From the NCBI RefSeq assembly GCF_032191835.1, contig NC_083233.1, positions 4,278,001-4,342,000 of the forward strand: a DNA stretch of 64,000 nucleotides, given 5' to 3'. The stretch comes from Heteronotia binoei (lineage: Eukaryota). Both the position numbers and the translations under genes were made by a program. The notes below the pieces were generated by a model. The model was not told the origin of the DNA. It saw only the letters and a list, made by a program, of their open reading frames with translations, and made no database searches. Below, in pieces: positions 47,404 to 58,117 of this stretch. Every line of letters begins with the position of its first letter. Positions within the stretch are counted from its first letter, which is position 1.

Positions 47404-49004
47404 CTTCCAAGAAATGAACACCGCCTGAGCTTGGCCCTTTTATGTTCTTCTCCCAGGCCCCACTCCTCTGTGGCTGGTTTCCCTCCGAAACCTGGCCACC
47501 CAATCAGAGGGGATCCTGGGAAACAGGCTTTTCCCAGTAACTCCTAGGCAGGCTTTCCTGGGGCCTGCAGGCCTCACTAGGCCCAGGGTCATGACACATG
47601 GGGAGGATTTAAGTGTGCAGGTTGCCAGCTGTTGGACTGGCCGGGTTCCTGTTGGGCCCAAGTGGGCAAAGACAAGGGCTCCTAATGTGATGCCCGCTGG
47701 CACCTTTCATGGCATCCACCAAGTGCTTTTAGAAAGTGGGGTGGGGCTTTTGCCCAGCTGGGCTTCTACCTGAAATCACAGACTGACTTTGAGAGCTCTG
47801 CATAATTTGGCTCCCTGACATTTCATGATTGGCTTTGCCTCCTACAACGGCCATTTTGTGACTGTGCCCACCACTCTGTGTCGAAATTCCAAAAGTGACC
47901 ACAGGCTCAAAAAGTTTGGGGACCCCTGGGGGTGAAGACAATAGAGTTGGTGACCTGCATTGGGAGCTGCAGTAGCAGGCAGAGGCGCAGGCAAGCTGTG
48001 TCGCTGGACTGCTCCTCTGTCTCAAGGGAAAGGGCCAGGAAAAAACCCTTTTTGGATCACAGTAACCCTGGAGCAGCCTTGCATTTCCCCCCTGCCTTTA
48101 TCTAGCTTCAGGGTAAGATAAAGTTGCCTTGATCTCCCTCCCAACCACCACCAATTTTTCATTCTCTTGGGAGAGATGACAGATGGGTTGTCTGGTATTT
48201 GGGGCTGTTATGACGATGGCTTCCAGGAAGGCCGTAAGGCGCTGGAGAAGTCAGGCCCAGCCATGCTTTCCAGGCATGTCTTCCTAAGCTGCTTCATTCA
48301 GGCAGCAGCTATTCCAGCTGTTATGAACCAGCAGTTTTGGAAAGCAAGGAGCAGGAAGATGCAAAGAGGGCACGGTGGCCACAGGGGCCATCCAGAAATT
48401 TCTCACCTCGGTGACTTGAAAGTCCATTGCATTCTCCTCCAGTTGGAGCTCACATTTCTGCACCTTCAACTCCAGCTAGAGCCAGGATTCTGCACTAGGC
48501 AGGTACTTGGGCTCACTTTCCCAGGACATTTCTTGTGTCCTTCAGAGAGGGGACCTCCTGTCCCTGTTGCTTGCCCCCAACTCCCCACGCTTCATTGTGT
48601 TCCAAACAAATCTACGTTTCTTTATTTTTGCACCATTTTTGTTTCCTAAAACATAATTTTTCCTGTAAAATGAGCTGATCTTTTAATGTTACTTGTGTAT
48701 CAATGAATTAGCCTTATTCATACAACAGATTATTTTAAAGGCATGCATTGTACATTTATATTGTATATAAAAACCCAACAACATGGCATATGTGTGTATA
48801 CACCAACATGTCATAACTGAGTTTTGGCTCTTCTAATAAGGAGCTTTCTAGGCAAGTGAGAAGAAGAGGTGGTTTGCCATTGCCTTCCTCCACACAACGT
48901 GTGCACCAACACAAATTAATATGCAAAGTTAAAAGTGAAGGACTTGAAACCATTGAGGAAACTCTAAAATGAAATGGAACAGGGATCATAGCCCAGGTCC
49001 CCCA

Positions 49005-49930
49005 AATGATGCACTATGAATTTAGGCAGATCATGAGAGGGAGGGCAGGAAGGAATGAGCCAATTCTCAGCTCTCCTGGCCCTTTCTTGCATGCCCAGAA
49101 TAATGCTGACCACCACTTTGGGGGCAGGAAGGAATTTTCCTCCAGGCCAAATTGCCGCAGGGATCTTGGAGGGACTTCCCTTCCCTTCCCTTCTTTCTTC
49201 TTTCTTTAGGGGAGGGACAGTGGCTCAGTGGTAGAACATCTGCTTGGTAAGCAGAAGGTCCCAGGTTCAATCGCTGGCATCTCCAAAAAAGGGCCCAGGC
49301 AAATAGGTGTGAAAAACCTCAGCTTGAGACCCTGGAGAGCCGCTGCCAGTCTGAGAAGACTATACTGACTTTGCTGGACCGAGGGTCTGATTCAGTATAA
49401 GGCAGCTTCATATGCTCATATGTTTTGGGGAGGGACAGTGGCTCAGTGGTAGAGCATCTGCTTGGGAAGCAGAAGGTCCCAGGTTCAATCCCCAGCATCT
49501 CCACTGAAAAAGGGTCCAGGCAAGTAGGTGTGAAAAACCTCAGCTGGAGAGCTGCTGCCAGTCTGAGAAGACTATACTGACTTTGCTGGACCAAGGGTCT
49601 GATTCAGTATAAGGCAGCTTCATATGTTTGGGGAGGGACGGTGGCTCAGTGGTAGAGCATCTGCTTGGGAAGCAGAAGGTCCCAGGTTCAATCCCTGGCA
49701 TCTCCAAAAATGGGCCCAGGCAAATAGGTGTGAAAAACCTCAGCTTGAGACCCTGGAGAGCCGCTGCCAGTCTGAGAAGACAATACTGACTTTGATGGAC
49801 CAAGGAGGCAGCTTCATATGTTCTTTTTTTTTTTTTTTTGCTTTCTTCTGGGCATAGAGCAAGGGTCACTGGGGGAGCAGGGTGGGAGGTGGGTGAGAAT
49901 TCCCTTCATTGTGGAGGGGGTTGGACTAGA
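49005..49930 (+). mobile_element. CR1 3' UTR interrupted by a tandem SINE trimer
   Basis: TAGGCAGATCATGAG..TTTTCCTCCAGGCCA | insert | CTTCTGGGCATAGAGCAAGGGTCACTG..GGGGTTGGACTAGAT. Confidence 0.75.
49209..49820 (+). mobile_element. Three head-to-tail copies of a ~200-bp tRNA-derived SINE (Squam2/Anolis-SINE2-like)
   Basis: Units start 49209, 49427, 49630; A box TGGCTCAGTGG, B box GGTTCAATC; tail TAAGGCAGCTTCATATG. Confidence 0.88.
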
Positions 49931-52900
49931 TCTATGGTCTCCAGCTCTCGGTTGGGAAATACCTGGAGATTTTGGGTGTTGAGTCTGAGGAGGGCGGGGT
50001 TTGGAAAAGGGGAGGGACTTGAGTGGGGTATAATGCCAGAGAGTCCACCTTCCAAAGCAGCCATTTTCTCCAGGGGAACTGGTCTCTGTTGCTCGGAGAT
50101 CAGTCATAATAGCAAGAGCTCTCCAGCCTGGAGGCTGGTTAGGATTCCTTCCAGCTCTCTGTTTCAGTGAATGCCAGATCCCCCGGAAGGCCCTATGAGG
50201 GCTTCGTTTTCTCCCCTTCATCCAATCATGCCCTTTTTGCCAGCCCCCCCTCCCCAAATCAAACAAGTACCCTTAAAGCTGATAATGGGAACAAACGAGA
50301 GTAGTTCCAGGTGGGGAGGGGGGATATGAGAGGCGCTACTGGGAGCCGGTTGTGTTAAAAGAACTTGGTGAAATATCACATTAATGCACTCAAAGCTCAT
50401 TATGTTCCTTTTCCTGGCCGCCAAGGGTCTTGGGTGTTAGAAGCCAGTTCTAATAAGGGCAATTACCAGGGTTGTTTTAAAAAAACACATGCATGGTTGT
50501 TTTTCTGGCCAGCTTCATAACTTCACACTATGCATCCTGAGAGTGCAAGAGCATTATTAAAAGACAAAGACCTTATAATGATTTTTGTACAAGACCTTGA
50601 TTACACGTTGTTGATATGACTTTTGCCAATGGAAGTTAGCAGCGCTGGCCAAAGAGCGCAGCAGTGTGGAGCCGGGAGGCTCAGAGGAGGCCGAAGGTAG
50701 GGGAGGGGAAGTTGTGGTTAGGGGCACCCCAGTGGCTGGCTGGCAGCTGTCTGCAAGGAGCTCCTCTTGAGGACTTGCATGTAGCTGCAGGAATCAGGAG
50801 TGGTCCCAGAGGCTACCTCATGGCTGGCAGGAAAGCGTGGAGCGACGACTAAGGCAGGAGTCCCAGAATGGCACCTGTAAGCACCATGCCTCCCACCAAC
50901 ACCTTTGCTGCTGCTGTGCTGGCCATGTTTTCAGGGAGAGAGGGAGGTCAGCTATAGTTTTTGCCCAGCAAGGCTTTTGGTTGGCCATCGGAGATTTGAT
51001 TTGCGATGTGGATTTTGCAGCAGCTGCGGTTACAGCACAGAGATCGTCATTGTGTGACTAAATGTAAGCTGCGGCAGCCATTTTGTGGCTGGCTTCACCT
51101 TCCTGTGGCAGCACTCGCCTCATTGTGTCTGAATTCCAAAGGTGCCTGCAGGCACATAAAGGCTGGGGACCCATGGACTAGAGCCCCAGGCCAGGCCTAG
51201 TCTCCTGAGTGGTCCCCTCTGGCCTCAGCAGAAGCCTGCAGGTGAGCTCCAGTGGTGTCCCTGGGTCCAGGTCTCTTTGAGGAGAAGCTCATGAGGTCTT
51301 AACCCATCAACAGCCTCCCTTCTTTGTCAAAGTTGCCCTCTGGCCAAAGCAGCTGGTGATCCCAGTGGGCCAGGTGGTTGACTGGAGACAAGAGAGCCAA
51401 GTTGAGAGTGCATAAAAGGTCCTTTCTGTTGATATTGGTGGCACAGAGGAGGCCACTGAAACACATCTCCTCCCTGCTGCACTCCAGCTGCCCTGTCACG
51501 TAGGGCACACCAGGATGGGATCTAGGACAACTGTGGTGTGAGAGGGAAGTGGGTTCCTCCTGTGCCTCTTGTGACCTCAGACCCAAAGATCCCCTGTGGT
51601 CCTAGAAAGTCTTGTTGGACAGAGCTCTGCATAGCCTTGGGGAACTTGTCTGCGGATGTAACTTACCTTACAAGAAGCAAAAACATGATGAGGACACCAA
51701 GGAACCAATCCCCTGAGCCATTGGGATGCAGTAGAAAATTCTGCCCATGAATGGCTAGTACCCAAGACCATTGCAGCTTTACACTTCTACCCCTGTTTAG
51801 TCCTCCTGGGTTTCAGATATGGGGAAGTCCCATTCAACATAACTGTGTTGCTGCTGGGGTTTCCAGACCCCCGCCAGGGGCGAGGGAAACCTTGCTTTTG
51901 TGGGGTGTCACATCTGTTAGACTCATCATGGTTTGGATATAAATGAACTTTGTATAAGGAATTGACTTTGATTTATTGAGCCTGAAGCAGAAAACTTCCT
52001 GATTGCACAAGAATTGGTGTTTGTCTACACATGATAGTTGAATGTGGGTGGGTTGTGTATGTGTGTGTGTGTTTGGGTTGGTTGGTTAGTTTGACTTGGG
52101 GTTATTTGGTGCATAACATTTTTAGGATGGTTGTCTTATCCTTCCTTTTGAGTAAATACGTTACATATAAATGAAGTCTTGTCTTCCAATTCATTTCACT
52201 CATTGCAATAGGGATCATATTTTATAGGAGCCTTCTCCTCCCCCCCAGCCCTTATATAAAACAAATGTCCATTTTATTCCATTGGGAGAAGAAAGCTGAA
52301 AGAAGCCGGGGGGGGGGGGGGGAGGGCGGGAGTTGAAAGAAAGAAGACTTCTCCCAGTTTTTTTGTGGTTTTCCAGGTTTTTCATCTCCAGTGATCTGTG
52401 GCTGGCCTTTCTGCCTCTTTCTCTCAGCCTTCCTCCTTCAGATTTGAATTCTTAAGATTGGCTGGTATATCCTGCATTGCTGTTCACATGAAAATGCCTT
52501 TATCCGTTCGCTGCCCCTTCTCTCCTTCTTGCCTGCCTTCTCCACTTCCACAAGCAGCTCTCTTGCATTGACACGGAAACCTATCTGGCTCCATCTATTG
52601 GTGTAATTCCCTTCTTTGCCCTTGCATTTTTAAACAACTTCCATGAGCATTCCTTCTTTCTGCCTGTTGCTTTACTAAGGGCAAGTTCCATGTCTCGTTT
52701 TTGTTTTCTACAGGTGCTCTAGGAACAAATTGTTGCTGCAGAAGGAAATGTTGAGAAATGCTGACAGTTTAAGAACGATGATAAACAGGCTTTTCATTTC
52801 CACTGGCTGCCCATTGCTGGCCAAAGACTGACCAGCGCCTGGTGGCAGTTTTAGTTCAAGGAGGCTTTTTAGGTGTCATGCCATTTGCATTTGTCATGCA

Positions 52901-54345
52901 GGTGTGGCTAGAGAAGCTAGTGCTTATTTTAAAACCATGACTTCCTCTTCATTTTTTGGACTATTTGTTAGTTATTCATCCATGACATTTAAAATCACTC
53001 CAGGTGGCTTACAATAAGAAGTTTAAAACAATACATTGATTAACATGTAGAATTTTAAAAAGAGCTACAAAGATTGAAGAACTGAATAGCAATAAAAGCA
53101 AAACAGAATAAAAACATTTTGAAGTCTGGGAAGAAAAGAGCCCAGTTATGGGCAAAGGCTTACCACTCCCGCCCCCTTTGAGAAAAGAACTCTTTTCACC
53201 TGTCCCCAGGAGGCCATAAATGGGGGGGGGGGGAGAGAGTGTTCAGAGACAGGAGTTCCAGGTCTTTGGGGCCACAGGGGAGAAGGCTGTGTCCCGCATG
53301 CCAACTAATCTTGCCTCCTGCTTCACTAGCAGGCAGAGCGCTCTCTCTCTCTCTCCCCAAGCCCCCCCCCTCCCCCCAGGCTCCACCCCCAAAATCTCCA
53401 GGTATTTCCTCACCCAGAGCAGGTGGCCCTGTTCAAGGAAAGGGCTGCTCTATCCACCACAGGCTGCACCCCGACTCCTGGATTTGCTTTGCCCCCAGCA
53501 GCATCACTTCTGTCTGGTCTGGATTAAGCCTCAGTTTATATGAGGCCTATCCACCCCTTCGCTGACTCCAGACACTAGTTCTGTATGCCTTACTGGATTC
53601 AGATAAAAAGCATGTGCTGCAGCTTATCAGATCTGACATGATCGGGCTGCCCTGGGTGATCCAGGCTGGGGAGCAGAACCCTTGGTGGGGTTTATTCCAA
53701 TTCTGGAAAGGTCTAAAGATGCTCAGAAAGAGCCTCCATTAAAGCCCCCTCCTGTTAGGAGGCATGTTTGGTCCACTCTAGCCCAGCTAACCCTTCACTA
53801 GCAGCTTGCAATAGACGTGAAGTGAAAGGGTCAAACCCCAGAAACCTCTTCAGCAACTCTATTTAATGTGGAGTCCTCCTGTGAGCAAACACTGCTGGCT
53901 TTATCAGCCAGGCTTCTTGCAATATTGTCACAACCTGCCACTGAGGCTCAAAGTCCTGTTGGGGACCTGCAGGTGAAAGTCTCCGGGCAGCAGGAGTCTG
54001 AGGGCACAGGGGGCTGCCAGAAAAATACATCTGTTTGCTGCCATCCCCATGGCCTGGCAGGCCGGAAAACGAGACCTTTGGCCTCCTCTGCTTTCCAGGC
54101 TATGTGGAGGTTTAACTGCAGGCAAATGAACTGTTTTACCAGGTCTGTATTGTGAACCGTCTGTCACTGGAAGCTTCATTCCCAGAACTGCTAGAATGTT
54201 CATGAATGTTCAGCAGGATCACGTCATTCAATCAATCAGGGTCAAAGAATTCAGTTCCAGAAGCATGATAGAGTGTAAATAGCAGTGGCATTTTACAATG
54301 GAAGAATCCAAAAATAAGGCTTACTGTATGCTGGAGACTAGCCAT

Positions 54346-54797
54346 TGTCAAGCATGGTGAAATTCCATTGATAATTGATTGTTGAAGGGTCCTGCCTAAC
54401 CTGATCTGTGAAGTATCATGGAGGATCCAACTTTGATAGCTTGTTATTCTTTACCTTTCCCCCGTCTTGCTTTATGACTTATAATTAGAAGTAGTGAGAA
54501 CTGAAACCAAGTAATCAGCACCTTCCCATACATTCCTGTAAGGGAGTAAGAGACATCTGGGGAAAGCAAGGACACAGTCCAGATAACGCTATGGGAATGT
54601 AGACATTTATGATAGTTTATGTGTGAATGCTACCCCACAACCCCATCCCTTGGAATCCCTTTGAAGTAGGCCTTAAAAGTATTGTATCAATGTGTGTTCA
54701 GCATTACTCTCAAGAACCTGTTACCAAAGTATCGGTCTATCAATAAACGTAGTCTTTGTATCAACTTCGACTCATCAATGAACCTGCATGCTTGACA
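54346..54797 (+). repeat. 5' LTR (452 bp)
   Basis: Perfect 11-bp inverted termini TGTCAAGCATG / CATGCTTGACA; TTAAAAG 54673-54679; AATAAA 54742-54747. Confidence 0.9.
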
Positions 54798-54799
54798 TT

Positions 54800-54810
54800 T
54801 TGAGAGTAAT
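54800..54810 (+). promoter_or_regulatory. Self-priming primer binding site
   Basis: TTGAGAGTAAT is the exact reverse complement of LTR 54703-54713 (ATTACTCTCAA). Confidence 0.8.
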
Positions 54811-55096
54811 CCTCAAGACGTTTAACCACCCTGGCAACTTTCTAGCCGAATGGCTGAAAGGATTCCAGTAAGCACTGAACTTCCCGAACCTGAAGAAGGG
54901 GCGAGAGCACCAACCCCACCATGGCACATGCTGGACGCTTGGAGGGTAGCTGGACTGAGTTCCCCTCTCCACATCCAACAACTATTGGTCACCCCACAGC
55001 AGTGGCAGCCACGTACTTCCACCACCACGATGGATGAGGCCCTGGTGCGCCGAGAAGCCATCCTAACCAGGCACATGCGCAAGATAAAGATGGCCA

Positions 55097-56266
55097 ATGA
55101 GGTGGGTGAGAACCCCCGACCCGGAGAAGAAGAGGGCGCCGCGGAGGCCAACTCCTCTGGGTGCAGGACTTGGGAACACCGAAGCACCAGGCCCGAGAGA
55201 GGAGGAAGACGAGATGGCTCATGAATTCCGAGCGATGATCTGCAAAGAGGTCGCCAAGGGATTGCGGGACGAAATGCAGGCGATGACCACCATGATGGCT
55301 GGAGAGTTCAACAGGCAAATCGACCGAGTCCTGGGAGCCCCACAACCGCTCACAGCTAGACCTCCGACAGCGCCACTGCAACCACAACCGGCGGCACCCC
55401 CAGTTCCGCGAGAAGAGGGACATGGGAGAGAGCTGGACGCCACCTTCGATGGGGATCCCGAGGAGGTGGAGTATTTCACGATCCAGGCGAATCGTTACAT
55501 GCACTACTGGGGGAACACCTTCCCTAATGAATTCAGTTGTGTGGACTATCTGGGGTCGAAATTGAAGGGAGCTGCGAAGAGGTGGTATGTAAGCCTGTAT
55601 GAAGCCATGAGCCTGGAGCTGGACTTTGTAGCCACCTTCCTACAAGTTCTGCTGGCCCAGTACGAAGACCCACTGCAGGAGACCCATGCCCTGGCTGCTC
55701 TGAGGGACATGCAGCAGGGCTCCAAGGCAATTTGGGAGTACGCGGCTGAGTTCCGTACCAACGCGGCTAAGGTGAGGGGGTGGAGTGAGTTGATGAAGAT
55801 CGAGCACTTCACCCGCGGGCTGAACGCGAGCATCTTGGATCGAGCCCTGTAGCAGGCCAGACCAACCACCCTGGTGGGATGGATCCAGCTGGCGGGGGAG
55901 GTGGAGACGAACATGTAGAGAGTGGCCATGCAATGCCAACATCAAAGCAATAAGTCGAGTTGTGACCCAAAATCCGGAGGGAAGATGGAGGCGAAGAAAC
56001 CCCGGGGTGGGGAGCCAGCAGAAAGGCCATGGGGACCCGCAAATATTTCAGGTGTGGGGATCCGAACCACCTGGCTAGCAGCTGTCCGAACCCCCCTTGA
56101 CCACCTTTGAGCGCCTCTAAAACGAGCACTCCAACTCCAAAGAAGCCCTAAGGAAGCGGCGAAGAGCAGCACAGGTGCGAGCTCGGTGGCGGACGATGAC
56201 ACCATCGTCACGGATGAGCTGAGTGAGATGTCCTGGGCTGACGAGCCATTGGGAAACGAGGACGAC
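55097..56266 (+). pseudogene. gag (retrotransposon capsid, PEG10/LDOC1/RTL-like), premature stop at 55850-55852
   Basis: LDATFDGDPEEVEYFTIQANRYM..LKGAAKRWY..YEDP..MQQGSKAIWEYAAEF..HFTRGLN; same frame resumes ..EPLGNEDD. Confidence 0.88.
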
Positions 56267-56707
56267 TGTCAAGTCGACGGATTCAAGATTGAGTCAAAGT
56301 TGATACTAAGTTCCCATTTATTGATAACCGGTACTCTGGCACAAGCCTCTAGCTTGCTAAGAATTAAACCAATAGATTGATACATGGGTTTTAAGATACA
56401 CTTCAAAAACATTCCTACGGGGGGGGGGTGGTTACAGGAGGGAACATTCACACATAACTACTAGATACTTTCTCAGACGATATCCAGCAAATGCCCTTGA
56501 ATTGTTATGCAAGGCTTCCTCCCACCTCAGGCCCTGAGAAGGCGCCGACTAGTTCCTGCACACCAGTTCCAAATCAAAATAAGAAAAGGGGGAAGGGAAG
56601 TAACTAAGGTAAAACATCAGCAGCAGTGGATCCATTATGATTTTAACAGGGCCTATTGCTTAGGCCATGATCCCCCCGTCTTAAGTCGTTATTAGTCGAT
56701 CTTGACA
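56267..56707 (-). mobile_element. Solo LTR (441 bp) of a related sushi-type family, antisense
   Basis: Termini TGTCAAGTCGAC / GTCGATCTTGACA; TSD ACGAC / ACAAC; minus-strand AATAAA (56317-56322); blocks homologous to the 54346 LTR. Confidence 0.88.
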
Positions 56708-56712
56708 ACAAC

Positions 56713-57452
56713 CTGCTCTAAATGGTGCCAGCTAGCAGGTCGCCGCAGATGAACCGGCACCACTCAGGGTGAGAGTAACGGGGTCGTTGTATTTTGTACC
56801 AGTAATTTTGCTAAACAGCAAACTCAAGAGGTTCATGCAAGTGAAAGCCCTGATTGACTTTGGCTGCACCAGAGACATAATCACCCCTAAACTGGTGGAT
56901 GCATTGGGGCTTCCCACGATGGCTTTGCACATCTGTTTGAATAGATGGATGGGTTCGTGATGAGGGGGGAACCCTGCGTGTTAGAGATTCAGTTAGTGCC
57001 AGTGGGCATCAAAGACCACTGGGACCAGGAGGCCTTTGTAATTGCTCCCTCCTCCTCCTACGATGTGGTTTTGGGAGTAGGTTGGTTGAGGGGACCAGAC
57101 AATAGAATTCAATTACCCAAGATGTAAAGCCCATCACTGGACTAAAGAGTGGGGTCCCAGTCCCCCACCTGAAATGAGGAGGTCTGCTTGACAATGGAGG
57201 AGGTCCAGGCGATCCCCAAAGCTTATAGAGACTTGAGGGGGGTGTTCAGCGAACAGGGGGCCGATGAACTACCGCCCCATAGGGACACGGACTGCGCCAT
57301 CGAACTGATCCCCAGGCAAACCTTACCTAAGGCCAAACTGTACTCAAAGGGGTGGGCGGAAAAGGTGGAACTGTGGAAGTTCCTCGATAAGAACTTGAAG
57401 CGAGGTTTCATCCGACCCGCCAGAGCCCCCCATGCAGCCCCAGTCCTTTTTA
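56713..57452 (+). pseudogene. pol remnant: aspartic protease and RT N-terminus, frameshifted and truncated
   Basis: QVKALIDFGCTRDII (DSG changed to DFG), YDVVLGVGWL, IPKAYRDLRGVFSEQGADELPPHRDTDCAIELIP..LKRGFIRP. Confidence 0.88.
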
Positions 57453-57539
57453 ATAAGTAATGCATTAAGACTAGAATTACCAAAATCTGAATGAGCACAG
57501 TGTATAAGGCACAATACAGAATGCGGGTATAATGAAGAC

Positions 57540-57733
57540 CAGGGTGTTTTGTGTGTGTGTATTTGTAGCAGGAACTCCTTTGCATATTAGGCCACACACC
57601 CCTGATGTAGCCAATCCTCCTGGAGCTTACAGTAGGCCCTGTAAGAAAAGCCCTGTAAGCTCCTGGAGGATTGGCTGCATCAGGGGTGTGTGGCCTAATA
57701 TGCAAAGCAGGTCCTGCTACAAAAAAAGCACTG
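57540..57733. mobile_element. Palindromic hAT-type MITE with perfect 8-bp TSD
   Basis: Arms ~57562-57631 and ~57653-57723; TSD ATGAAGAC at 57532-57539 and 57734-57741. Confidence 0.92.
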
Positions 57734-57856
57734 ATGAAGACAAACACTACATCAGTAGGAAACAATGAAGTGACACGAGGATAAAACATGCAGTGAGTTG
57801 GTGATACTTTGTGAGCACAGTCTCTTTTCCCTTATAAAGCGCCTTCATGAACAGTG

Positions 57857-58095
57857 CAGTTACAGTAGAAGAGAGCAAGCGTCTGGTAGTACCTTGAAGA
57901 CTAACCAAATTTGTGGCAGGGGAGGAGCTTCTGTGAGTCAGTGCTCACTTCTTCAGATACTTTTGGTATTTGAAGAAGTATCTGAAGAGTGAGCCGTGAC
58001 TCAGCAAAGCTCCTCCCCTGCTTCAAATTTGGTTAGTCTTTGGTTAGACTCTGGCTCTTTTCTACTACTACAGACATGGCTACCCATTTTGATCT
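57857..58095. mobile_element. Two inverted Penelope-like termini forming a hairpin
   Basis: 57897-57960 is complementary to 57978-58040; each arm has CTGAAGA(A)GTGAG..CTCA hammerhead-like core with mutated GAAA. Confidence 0.75.
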
Positions 58096-58117
58096 ATTCT
58101 GTTACAGTACAGCCTTA

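Larger units (their letters stand above)
54346..57452 (+). mobile_element. Tf1/sushi-type (PEG10/RTL-related) Ty3/gypsy element: 5' LTR, PBS, gag, protease, start of RT; 3' part missing
   Basis: LTR with TG..CA, gag capsid motifs, GGGAAAC slippery site, ALIDFG protease, RT N-terminus LPPHR.TDCAIEL..FIRP. Confidence 0.9.

Noticed and set aside
49209-49710. tRNA-Thr(GGT) and tRNA-Pro(GGG) genes
   Set aside because: Acceptor stems are mismatched and each head is fused to a SINE body and tail
52722-52736. Androgen response element GGAACAaatTGTTGC (autoregulation)
   Set aside because: The second half-site lacks the critical C of TGTnC; such near matches occur by chance in 64 kb
52716-52754. Degenerate duplicate of zinc finger 2 (CCCRRKC resembles RRKNC)
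   Set aside because: Only 9 nt (AGAAGGAAA) are shared with exon 3, consistent with chance
55097-55852. Domesticated PEG10/RTL/LDOC1-like host gene
   Set aside because: It has its own LTR and PBS, a premature stop, a mutated protease motif and a truncated pol, so it is a decaying TE
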